DNA of 64,000 bases, taken from Malacoraja senta. Taxonomy: Eukaryota. This document shows, piece after piece, positions 12,376 through 23,424 of the stretch (the stretch's first letter is position 1; each line of letters starts with the position of its first letter). The stretch covers positions 4,650,001 through 4,714,000 of the forward strand of contig CM075989.1 of NCBI GenBank assembly GCA_038087875.1, written 5' to 3'. The notes below the pieces were generated by a model. It was given only the letters and a program-made list of their open reading frames with translations. It was not told the DNA's origin and searched no databases. A program made the position numbers and the translations under genes.

Positions 12376-12898
12376 TGTGAGGAAGGGGTTAATAGGTATA
12401 GTTGATTTAGACAAGAACCCATTGTCTAGTACGCAGTATAGTAGGGAGTATAGAAGGGAGGATAGGGGGAGTGAAGAACAAGTACAGATGGTGACTTTTC
12501 AAGGATGAGAACAGAGAAGATAAGGAAACCGTCCATTCTGGAATTAGGGCAAGGGTCATGAAAAACTCTCTATGCGCTTGCGTAATGAGATAAATGAATA
12601 TTGCAAACACGCCCATCATGACAAGATCTCATTTAAATGTACATGCGATGTATGATCTGGGAGGCACCAGGGGCGGTACCTGTAGAGTGTGCACCTCAGT
12701 GCTCTGATTTGACAAGAGCCCGAAGGGGAGGAGTAAATGTAACAAATGTAAATGATGTGAATAAGAGAGAGATGAATTCCATCCCTCGGGGTGTCTTGAC
12801 AGGGGAGACACCCAACTCTGCAGACTTGCTAATAAATAAACTTGTTTCTCTACATTCTCTACGCATCGTGAGTGTTCTTTCACAATTTGCGCCTGACA
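12376..12898 (+). repeat. ERV-B 5' LTR (523 bp)
   Basis: TGTGAGG...CTGACA. AATAAA at 12831-12840. Near-identical to the 3' LTR apart from indels. Confidence 0.95.
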
Positions 12899-12901
12899 GC
12901 C

Positions 12902-12919
12902 TGGGGGCTCGTCCGGGAT
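12902..12919 (+). promoter_or_regulatory. Primer binding site, tRNA-Pro
   Basis: TGGGGGCTCGTCCGGGAT is the canonical 18-nt tRNA-Pro PBS (as in MLV), 3 nt after the LTR. Confidence 0.95.
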
Positions 12920-15900
12920 AGGAGGAGTGAATGTAAGGTATGGACACCGGGAGGCAGTAGAGGACTTAATCTTAGTACCTCAGGCTGGTATAAATTTAAT
13001 GGGCAGAGATTTACAAATACAATTGGGGATAGGCACAGCACCGGTAGAGGGAAGGATAGTGGTCCAGTTGTATACTCTAAGAGAGGCGGATGAGCAAAGA
13101 ATTAATGACCAAGTATGGGCCAAGGAAGGAAACAGAGGAGGTTTGCAAATACCCCCTCTACAGATAGTATTAAAGGACGGTGCCGACATAGTACGAGTAA
13201 GACAATACCCCATTTCGACCGAGGGACAAAAAGGCTTACAACCAATCATTGAGAATTTATTGAAGGACGGGGTATTGGAACCATGTATGTCCCCCTACAA
13301 TACTCCGATCCTACCAGTCAGATAGACCGACGGGACGTCTAGACTCGTACAGGACTTAAGGGAATTGAACAAGGTAGTCCGAGCCCGACACCCGGTAGTC
13401 CCTAACCCTTACACCATCATGGGACGGATACCCCCAAGCCACAAATGGTTTAGTGTGGTAGATTTAAAGGACGCTTTCTGGAGTTGCCCGCTGGCAACAG
13501 AAAGTAGAGACTTATTTGCCTTTGAGTGGGAAAACCCTAACACCGGGTGAAAGCAACAATTCCGGTGGGCGGTGCTCCCTCAAGGTTTTATAGTCTCTAC
13601 TTTCTGTTGCCAGTGGACAACTCCAGAAAGCGTCCTTTAAATCTACCACACTAAACCATTTGTGGCTTGGGGGTATCCGTCCCATGATGGTGTAAGGGTT
13701 AGGTACTACTGGGTGTCGGGCTCGGACTACCTTGTTCAATTCCCTTAAGTCCTGTACGAGTCTAAACGTCCCGTCGGTCTTTCTGACTGGTAGGATCGGA
13801 GTATTGTAGGGGGACATACATGGTTCCAATACCCCGTCCTTCAATAAATTCTCAATGATTGGTTGTAAGCCTTTTTGTCCCTCGGTCGAAATGGGGTATT
13901 GTCTTACTCGTACTATGTCGGCACCGTCCTTTAATACTATCTGTAGAGGGGGTATTTGCAAACCTCCTCTGTTTCCTTCCTTGGCCCATACTTGGTCATT
14001 AATTCTTTGCTCATCCGCCTCTCTTAGAGTATACAACTGGACCACTATCCGTCCCTCTACCGGTGCTGTGCCTATCCCCAATTTTATTTGTAAATCTCTG
14101 CCCATTAAATTTATACCAGCCTGAGGTACTAAGATTAAGTCCTCTACTGCCTCCCGGTGTCCATACCTTACATTTACTCCTCCTATCTCGGGAGCTACCA
14201 TTACAGTCCCCCCTTTTACAGAATCACCCAATTTATTCGGCCAAATTTTAGAGCAGGTACTGGAGGATTTCCCAGGTCACGGGGAAACGCAACTATTACA
14301 GTACGTGGACCTTCTCTTGTCAGGAGAGAGGGAAGAAGAAGTAAGGGACGCCACGATAGTCCTGTTAAACGTCTTGGGGAAGAAGGGGTTAAGGGTGTCC
14401 CGTAACAAGCTTCAATTTGTGGAACAGGAGGTAAAATATCTAGGACACCTGATAAGCGGAGGAAAGAGACGAATAAACCCCGAAAGGATAGCTGGAATCA
14501 CGGGAGTTCCACTCCCGAGGAATAAGAAAGAAATCCGGAAATTCCTGGGGTTGATAGGATACTGTCGATTGTGGATAGATGATTATGCCCGACGGGTGAA
14601 ATTCCTGTATGATAAATTGGGAGAAGAAAAAGACAAGGTTAAGTGGACCCCTGGAGGTGGAATTTGGGAAATTAAAGCACAGTCTGATCACTGCTCCCGT
14701 GTTGGCCCTACCCTCGTTAGAACAACCTTTCCATCTCTTCGTAAATTCAGACAAGGGGGTGGCACTAGGGGTACTTACCCAGAAGAGAGGGGGGAACCGA
14801 CAGCCGGTGGCCTTCCTCTCAAAAATATTAGATCCAGTCTCCAGGGGATGGCCGGGATGCATACAAGCGGTAGCAGCCACTGCAATATTGGTGGAGGAGA
14901 GTAGAAAATTAACCTTTGGAGGAGCTCTGGTTGTTTCTACGCCACACACGGTGAGAACCATACTCACTCAGAAATCCAACAGATGGTTAACGGACTCTAG
15001 AATTTTAAAGTACGAGGCCATCCTGATGGAAAAAGACGATTTGAGTATAATTACGGATAAGAACCTTAACCCGTCCCAATTCCTGTATCCAGCAGAAAAA
15101 CCGGGCGACGAGGGAGAGGACCCAGTACACTGCTGTAGTGAAATAATAGATTTACAGACAAAAAGTAGAGAAGACTTGGAAGAACAACCTCTGGCTGAGG
15201 GCAGCCGGTGGTTTATAGATGGGTCCTCCAGGTGTATAGATGGAAAAAGACATAGTGGGTACGGTATAGTGAACGGGGAAACTATGGAGGAAATTGAAAG
15301 CGGTAGGCTGCCTGGTAGTTGGTCAGCCCAATCTTGTGAAATATATGCATTAATGAGAGCTTTGGAACTATTGGAGGGGAAGGAAGGAACAGTGTATACC
15401 GATTCAAAATACGCCTTTGGGGTAGTACACACCTTTGGGAAAATCTGGAAAGAGCGAGGAATGATAACAGCTCGAGGGAAAGAATTAGCGCATGAGCAAT
15501 TGATAGGACAGACACTGGAGGCCTTGCAGAAACCAGAAAGAATAGCCATAGCACATGTGGCAGGGCATCAAAAGGGTAACACCCTAGAGGCCAGAGGAAA
15601 TAGGGCAGCGGATGAGGTTGCAAAAAGAGCAGCCACAGAACAGACAGTAGAAATGATGTCACTAATACCTTTAAGGGAACAAGAGGAAAAGATACCAATC
15701 TTTAGTGAGAAAGAGCAGGAACACATGAGGGAAATGGGAGCCCGGCTTACCCCAAATGGGAAATGGTGGACACCGGATGGAAAGCAGCTATTGAACAAAG
15801 AAATTATAAGGGAGTTATTAGGGAGGCTGCACGGGCAAAGCCATTGGGGAACCCAAGCCCTCTGTGACACCCTCCTCAGAACCTACGCTTGCCGTGGGAT

Positions 15901-16856
15901 GTATACCATGGCCAAACAAGTCATAGGGGGCTGTGTAATATGTCAGCGAATTAACAAGAAAATCATGAGAGCAGTCCCGGGAGGAGGACAACCATTGGCA
16001 ATTAGGCCCTTCCAAAGAATACAGATAGATTTCACCGAGTTGCCCCGGGTACAAAGATGGAAGTACCTGTTAGTGGTAGTGGACCATTTCACTAGATGGG
16101 TAGAGGCATTCCCCACAGCAACTGCCACCTCACAGGCGGTAGCCAAGGTATTATTGGAGCAAATTATACCCAGATATGGGATTGTGGAAACAATAGACTC
16201 GGATAGAGGGACCCATTTTGCCTCCAAGACACATAAAATGATATGCGAAGCACTAGGAATTGAATGGAAATTGCATACACCGTGGCATCCCCAGAGCTCC
16301 GGAAAGGTGGAGAGAATGAATGGCACCTTGAAGACCCAAATCACCAAGGAAACGACTCCCCTGGACTAAGTGCCTTCCGATAGCCTTGTTGAGAATCCGC
16401 ACGGCACCTCGGAAAGACATAGAGGTATCACCATATGAAATGTTATTCGGGCTCCCATACTTAGGGGAGATAGAAGGGGTCCCAACAATACAAGGGAATG
16501 ATGTATTCCTAAGGAACTATTTACTGGCAGTGTCCCAATCTCTTGCAGAACTAAAAATTAAAGCATTGCTGGCCCAGAGCCCACCACTGGACTTCCCGAT
16601 ACACTCAGTCAAGGCTGGGGACTGGGTACTAATAAAAACGTGGAAAGAAGAAAAGCTGCAACCTAAGTGGACTGGACCCTACCTGGTGTTACTAATCACC
16701 GAGACAGCAGTACGAACAAAAGAGAAAGGGTGGACACACGCAAGCCGATTTAAGGGTCCTGTGGAGGCCCCACCAGACAATATCAGCCCGTGGACTGTGC
16801 GAAAAGGGAAGGAACCATTGACTTTGGTATTCACCAAGACCCCGCACGGAAAATGA
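12920..16856 (+). pseudogene. pol: ERV-B pro-pol (partial protease, RT, RNase H, integrase), disrupted
   Basis: NLMGRDL, PYNTPILPV, VDLKDAFW, LPQGF|TESP, FIDGS, YTDSKYAFG, IQIDF, DSDRGTHF and ERMNGTLK. Stops at 13323 and 13548, an inverted insert at 13591-14213, and frameshifts near 14655 and 16350. Confidence 0.93.
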
Positions 16857-18863
16857 AGACTTCATGCTGGTGGATCATGTGTTGGGTGGTTACCCAACTC
16901 GTGAGTAACATAACATGTATAAAAATCACAATACCACAAAATAGAAAGTCCACCACCATCCCATTTAATGTATGTAAAGGAAAATGGTGGTGCGGCTATA
17001 GAATGTATGTATGCACCCATCCCTGTAAAGATTGGCATGCGGTGTTTACTTCATCAAAATATGGGTGGCATCGAACCACCTATCAAACTGATAGGTGGAA
17101 AGTATATAAAAACCCAAATGAGGGATTGCCAGGACGCGTATATGTAAGCATACAGAGTGTGCAAATGCAGGAAAGTGGTAGGTATTGGATATGTGCAGAA
17201 AGAAGAGGGAAGGACGCATGCCTGAGGTTTGAGATAGAAGTGAAGCGGGGCGGGAATATGGTAAAATATGAGGATGGGAGGGAAAGATTCCAGATAGATG
17301 ACAGTCAGAGTAGGAATCCCTGGGCAACACCAGCACCACCGGTAGTAAGAAATGTCACCACGGAAAATGAGCCTAAGGATTTGAAGATAATGATAGTAGC
17401 AGGAGAAACAGAATTAAGGCAGTTATATGAGGAGGGAATACCTACAGGAGGAAAGGGAGCCAACGCCTGGCTTGCCTGGATGATGTACACGGCCAGGAGT
17501 ATGCAACACACCAATTGCTAGGTACACAAAAATGCTGGAGAAACTCAGCGGGTGCAGCAGCATCTATGGAGCGAAGGAAACAGGTAACGTTTCGGGCCGA
17601 AACCCTTCTTCAGACACCAATTGCTACGCCTGCGCCGGAGCTAAGCCTCAGCTGGTTCCAGTACCATTTCCCTTGAATTGGGATAGAACACCTGGGGCTA
17701 TGCCATGTATACTACAGCTATTCACGAATCCCATCCTACCAAAGGATGCGACCTGCCAGAGTTATCATTACCTATTTCCGGCTAGCAACAACAATACAAA
17801 GGGCCGAAGGACAGACCCACGACCTCCTCCATTTAGAACTCCCCTTGGGGAGGAGGGATTTGAGTGCTATACCAGATATAACCCAGATGGACAGAAAATG
17901 GGGGAGGTGCTGAACTGCAATCAGACGTATAACATAACGGCTGAGGAACAGGGGCCGCTGTTCAAAAGCTCCTGGCTGAGAAAGCAGATAGTCAGTAGAG
18001 CCGATGTCTGGTGGTGGTGCGGGGAGAATACCCTGTGGCCCCGGTTACCAGGGTCATGGACGGGAACCTGTACCCTCACACAACTGATGATGCCCTTCAC
18101 CATAGCAGTAGAACATGCTGTAGAACTCAATGAAGGAAGCTGACGACAGAAGAGAGGGGTGAGAGGATCATTCGACACACACATATATATAGATGCGATA
18201 GGGGTGCCAAGAGGGGTACCCGATGAATTCAAAGCCAGAAACCAGATAGCTGCGGGTTTTGAGTCCATGCTCTTCTGGTGGTCCACAATTAATAAAAATG
18301 TGGACTGGATCAACTACCTATACTACAATCAACAACGCTTTATAAATTACACTCGAGATGCGGTTGAAGGATTAGCGGAACAACTGACAGATACCAGCCT
18401 AATGGCCTGGCAAAATCGTATGGCCTTAGACAGGCTACTGGCTGAGAAGGGAGGGGTGTGTGTAATGTTTGGGGAACAATGTTGCACCTCCATCCCCAAC
18501 AACACTGCTCCTGATGGGTCAGTATCGAGAGCCCTAGCAGGTCTCACCTCCCTGTCTATCGAATTGGCCGAGAACTCCGGATTAGACACCTCCTGGACCG
18601 GGTTTCTAGACTCCTGGTTTGGGAAATGGAAGCACATCTTTACCGCAGCCCTAACATCAGTGGTAGTTATGATGGGGTTGCTGTGCCTATTTGGATGTTG
18701 TATCATTCCCTGCGTACGGGGGTTGTCTCAGCGATTGATAGAGACAGCCCTGACCAAGAATGACGCCGCCATGATGGCCTTTAAAACACAGTATGACCAG
18801 CGAGAGGAAGATAAAGAGGTGAAGATTCTGCTACTAGCATTAGAGAAGGGGCAGATAGTCTAA
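16853..18863 (+). pseudogene. env: ERV-B gamma-type envelope (SU-TM), two lesions
   Basis: Signal peptide MKTSCWWIMC, CYAC (CxxC), furin site RQKR, ISD WQNRMALDRLLAEKGGVC, CX6CC and a TM helix. Broken by a 93-bp insert at 17521-17613 and a TGA at 18141-18143. Confidence 0.93.
17521..17613 (-). mobile_element. Penelope-derived short element with hammerhead motif, inserted in env
   Basis: 13-bp TSD ACACCAATTGCTA (17508-17520 and 17614-17626). Minus strand CTGAAGAAGGGTTTCGGCCCGAAACGTT at 17613-17586. Confidence 0.88.
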
Positions 18864-18899
18864 ATCAAAGATTACAGTAGCAAAAGTAAAAGTGTGGAT

Positions 18900-19312
18900 T
18901 GTGAGGAAGGGGTTAATAGGTATAGTTGATTTAGACAAGAACCCATTGTCTAGTAGGGAGTATAGAAGGGAGGATAGGGGGAGTGAAGAACAAGTACAGA
19001 TGGTGACTTTTAAAGGATGAGAACAGAGAAGATAAGGAGACCGTCCATTCTGGAATTAGGGTAAGGGTCATGAAAAACTCTCTATGCGCTTGCGTAATGA
19101 GATAAATGAATATTGCAAACACGCCCATCATGACAAGATGTCTCATTTAAATGTACATGCGATGTATGATCTGGGAGGCACCAGGGGCGGTACCTGTAGA
19201 GTGTGCACCTCAGTGCTCTGATTTGACAAGAGCCCGAAGGGGAGGAGTAAATGTAACAAATGTAAAATGATGTGAATAAGAGAGAGTGTTCTTTCACAAT
19301 TTGCGCCTGACA
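18900..19312 (+). repeat. ERV-B 3' LTR (413 bp, internally deleted)
   Basis: Matches the 5' LTR but lacks a 12-bp segment and a 101-bp segment. Confidence 0.95.
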
Positions 19313-21081
19313 GCGGGACTATCATATGCTGAGAGAATGGAATGACTGGGCTTGTATACTCTGGAATTTAGAAGGATGAGAAGGAATCTTATTGAAACAT
19401 ATGATTATTAAGGGTTTGGACACACTAGCGGCAGGAAACATGTTCCCGATGTTGGGGGCGTCCAGAACCAGGGGCCATGGTTTAAGAATAAGGGGTAAGC
19501 CATTTAGAACGGAGATGAGGAAACTTTTTCACACAGAGAGTTGGGAGTCTGTGGAATTCTCTGCCTCAGAGGGCGGTGGAGGCCGGTTCTCTGGATACTT
19601 TCAAGAGAGAGCTAGGTAGGGCTCTTAAAGGTAGTGGAGTCACGGGATATGGGGAGAAGGCAGGACCGGGGTACTGATTGTGGATGATCAGCCATGATCG
19701 CATTGAATGGCGGTGCTGGCTCGAAGGGCTGAATGACCTACTCCTGCACCTATTGTCTATTATCCTTTTTATCACATCCGAACTGAACTTACTGTATCAA
19801 CGATCGCCTGATATAAACCCAGCTACTTTTGTACCACTGCCAGAAGAAGGATGTGACCGTGATTGTCTATTGCTTGTAGAATCCCCAGCTGGACTTAGAG
19901 TCATTCGATTGAAAATCCTGACCTGGTACTATTTACTGATGGCTCTACACACCGACCGAGCGATGACAGATTATTAGCAGGATATGTGGTGGTCATGCCA
20001 CACCAAGTGCTGGAGGTATACGCTTTACCCTGTTGAACGTCTGCTCAGACAGCTGAGCTGCATGCCCCGACTCGTGCCTGCACATTGGCAAAGGATAAAA
20101 GTGTTAATATCTACACGGATTCTCGCCATGCATTTGGGGTTGTACTTGACTTTGGGCAGTTATGGGAAAAATAGAGGATTTGTCACATCAACAGGAAAGA
20201 CTATTAAACATGAGAAGCTGGTCTTAAAGTTTCAGGATGCTATCCAATTGCCACGGCAAATGAGTTATTAAATGTTTTCAAAGGGAAACTGGTCAGCTGC
20301 TTATGTAGCCAAACAGATTGCCCTCAGGCAAACCCCGCAATTGCAAGCAGCTAAAATTAAGTCTGCAGCACATAGAAAGCTCCCGGTTAGCATTGAAGTA
20401 GCCCAGTTACAGGATGCCCAGAGCCTAGCATCATTCCAGCAAAAGAACTCCTGGAGCAGAGCAGGGTGTTATCAAGACCCTATTGTCTGGGTCCACCCTG
20501 ATGGTCGGGTAGTTTGCCCCAGGAGCCTATTTTTGCCCCAGTGCCGCCTAGCCCATGGACAGGCTCACATGGGAAAAGGGTGGGGGTGGGGGGGAGTGGC
20601 ACACGCATTGTCCCAGCAATGATATGCATCAGGTATATCAGTCATAATTGATAAAGTTGCAAGAACATGTCTGGTGCATCAACAAAATAATAGAGGGAAG
20701 ACGCCTGCAAATTGTGATCACTTACCACAACCTGAAATGCCTTTTGAGAATTTGCAAATTGATTTTGTACAAATGCCCGCAGCAAAGGGTTTTCAGTACA
20801 TCCTGGTCATAATTGATATGTTCTCCAGATAGGTGGAAGTACATCCCACAAGGAGAGATGATGCAAGGACGGTAGTCAATATTTTAATGAAAGAAATAAT
20901 ACCTAGATTGGGGATACCCATGGGAATAAACAGTGAGAGAGGAACTCATTTCATCAGTAAATTTGTTCAGAACTTGTCGAAGGCTATAGGGTTCAGTGGA
21001 AATTACACATACCAGATCAACCGCAGTCCTCAAGGATGGTGGAAAGAGTAAATGGGGAACTAAATGCTACTTTGGCTAAAG

Positions 21082-22089
21082 TATGCCAGCAAAATATATA
21101 TATATATTCGAAAAACCGGCAATAAGAACTAATGCAAAACTCCATTGTGTTACAGCAAAGGGTGTTAGTCTCTGGAATAACTGCCATGATGAGCTGAAAA
21201 AATGTAAGACTCTATTCAAACTAAAAACACTTTTCAGAAACAAAAGATTGAATGGTTATGAGCTGGACCAGTGATTTTCTTTTCTGTTTGGTTATTTCTT
21301 GTTTGTGGACTGTTCAACAGATTTTGGGTCCATTTGTTCCCATTATTTTGTTTTTCCATGAAAATGTATAGAAAATAAGAGGGGGTAGGACCAGAAACGT
21401 TTTCGAACTTCTTCTTACCCCTTTTGAACATGAACGATATTCGGGGCCGACTTCGGGGCTGTGGTGGCGTTGCGACCCGACTTCCGACCCGACTTCGGAG
21501 CCTCGGAGGCTCGGCGAGGGCCAGTGGACGACATCGTCGGGAGCTCGCAGGTCACAGGTTGGTGACCTGTTTTTCCGTAGCTCCCGCAATAACAGCTGCG
21601 TCCGCTGGACTGGAGGGCGGCAGCTTCGGCAGCTTCGACCGCCCTGGGCCGCGGAGTTTGAACCGGCCCGTTCGGATTCAGCCGCGGGACTTACTTACCA
21701 TCACCCGGCGGGGTCACAACATCGGAGCCCTGGATCGCCTCAGCGCAGAGGGAGAGCAAGGAGGGAAGAGACATGGACTTTGGGACTTTTTGCCTTCCAT
21801 CACAGTGAGGAGGTGCCTGGTGGACTCACTGTGGTGGATGTTAAACTGTGTTGAGTGTGTATTTTTGTTATTTATTCTATGTTATGACTGCAGGCTAAAC
21901 CATTTCGTAGCACTGAAAAGTGCAATGACAATAAATTGAATCAAAATCAAAAAAATTGTATTATTTTAGTTACTTATTTGTTTGTTTTCCTTTGTGTTTT
22001 CTTTTCTTTTTATTGCTTAAAAGTTTATTTGTGTTTTTTTTTTTTAACATGTTCAATAAATAAGAACAAATAAAAAAAATTAAAAAAAA
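21082..22089 (+). mobile_element. LINE 3' end with poly(A), carrying a nested GC-rich non-autonomous element (about 21428-21950)
   Basis: RTNAKLHCVTAKGVSLWNNC resembles a CR1/L2-group C-terminus. AATAAA and A-tail. The nested element ends in a Rex1-like tail, GCAATGACAATAAATTGAATC. Confidence 0.55.
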
Positions 22090-22995
22090 GGTTGTTGTGG
22101 CCAGACAACATGCCCATAGTGATGTATGCCCAGAGAAATCAGAAAAACAGAAACACGGACCTCATGAGACATTGATGGCAGCAGGAACCCGATCCTCGAT
22201 GACTCCTGAGAAGGTAGCCCTGGCACAGGTCCTTCCGGCAGAAGGAAATATGCGCCCGTTTAAACCAGGAGATCACGTTTATGTGCCATCAACAAACAAA
22301 GATTCTTTCTCCTCTAGGGTGGAAAGGATTATATTTGGTGCTGCCAACAACATGTTCACAGTAAAAGGAAAAGGAAAACCCGATTGGGTACATGCCACCA
22401 GATGTAAGCTGCATCACTCAGACGGAACCCTCGAGGAGAAGGAAACGCAAGAACCGTAACATTTTGTAGTGATAAAAAAAAGAGTACAAATGTAGACATA
22501 TTCTTTATTAACTATCTTTGTATATATGGAATCATAGAGGATATGAGGGTGAAGAGAGACATCTAGATTTACAAGAAACAGGATGAAGGTAGAAATTATA
22601 ATATGAAATTGAACTAACAACTTTCACACAGTGACCTCGCAGCTGAAAGAAAAACAGGTTTCCTTATCCGATTATCTGTTGGGTTTGTGCCCATATCCCT
22701 ACTTCGCGAGCTCAAGGACTGGTTCCAACCAAATTATCAAGGAGGGAACCGTGGAAGAAAATATTAATATCCTTTCTTACTTAATTTTGATTGGAATTGA
22801 ACAAGGTAACAAAAGGGTGTTTGGATGTGACAATTGGCATCTCTCGTTGACCTGGTGTAGAAGAGGTTCGTGGGTATCGGCAAAGTAAGATTAGACATAT
22901 GACCTCTTGTCTAGGAATGTGTTGAAGGGTGGATGGTAAATGTAAACATGAAATAGTAGACGGAGATAAGGAAGCTTGTTTCTCTCAGCAGTGTG

Positions 22996-23286
22996 CTACA
23001 GTAGACCACCCGATCCCCCTACCCCTACAGTAGACCACCCGATCCCCCTACCCCTACAGTAGACCACCCGATCCCCCTACCCCTACAGTAGACCATCCGA
23101 TCCCCCCTACCCCTACAGTAGACCACCCAATCCCCCTACCCCTACAGTAGACCACCCAATCCCCCTACCCCTACAGTAGACCATCCGATCCCCCTACCCC
23201 TACAGTAGACCACCCGATCCCCCTACCCCTACAGTAGACCATCCGATCCCCCTACCCCTACAGTAGATCACCCGCTCCCACTACCG
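22996..23286. repeat. 29-bp minisatellite, about 10 copies
   Basis: Unit CTACAGTAGACCACCCGATCCCCCTACCC, head-to-tail with no spacers. Confidence 0.95.
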
Positions 23287-23424
23287 CTAATAGCATAGAT
23301 GCGTTACAGTAAATGGGGGGCTTACGATTGGCTCGGAGAGGGGATGGTGGTGCAGTCCGCCTAAAAGGTGAGATAGAATAATGTCAAGATGCTCGTATTG
23401 TGTTTGACTTGTATTAACCATCCA

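Larger units (their letters stand above)
12376..19312 (+). mobile_element. ERV-B: young provirus LTR-PBS(Pro)-(no gag)-pro/pol-env-LTR, antisense in RHCG intron 1
   Basis: TG...CA LTRs at 12376-12898 and 18900-19312. 5-bp TSD GCGGG (12371-12375 and 19313-19317). The pol and env ORFs lie between them. Confidence 0.96.
11661..19761 (+). mobile_element. CR1 LINE (RT to 3' end) inserted in ERV-A pol and split by ERV-B (11661-12375 plus 19313-19761)
   Basis: WIENWLADRKQRV, SGVPQG, KFADDTK and VRPHMEYCVQFWSP. The sequence IPGMAG|LSYAERM rejoins across ERV-B. Confidence 0.9.
10965..22460 (+). mobile_element. ERV-A: old class I (gamma/epsilon-like) pol relic split by later insertions (pieces about 10965-11660, 19762-21080 and 22090-22460)
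   Basis: LGMVGYCRQWI and APALGLPNYKNPFQLYV, RNase H FTDGS and IYTDSR, integrase LQIDFVQMP and SERGTHF, C-terminal DWVHATRCK. The RTRYEV|ILLSHPN-like frame rejoins across the CR1 insert. Confidence 0.82.

Noticed and set aside
13512..14231. Independent minus-strand 239-aa gene
   Set aside because: It is the inverted duplicate of ERV-B pro-RT, and both ends run into antisense pol.
14440..18706. Antisense ORFs over ERV-B pol and env
   Set aside because: Shadow frames of the coding strand with no motifs or convincing starts.
16853..18863. Domesticated syncytin-like gene
   Set aside because: Env is interrupted twice and lies in a young provirus; the sequence shows no sign of preservation by selection.
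22996..23286. CRISPR-like array of 29-bp repeats
   Set aside because: Units are contiguous with no unique spacers, there are no cas genes, and the context is eukaryotic. It is a minisatellite.
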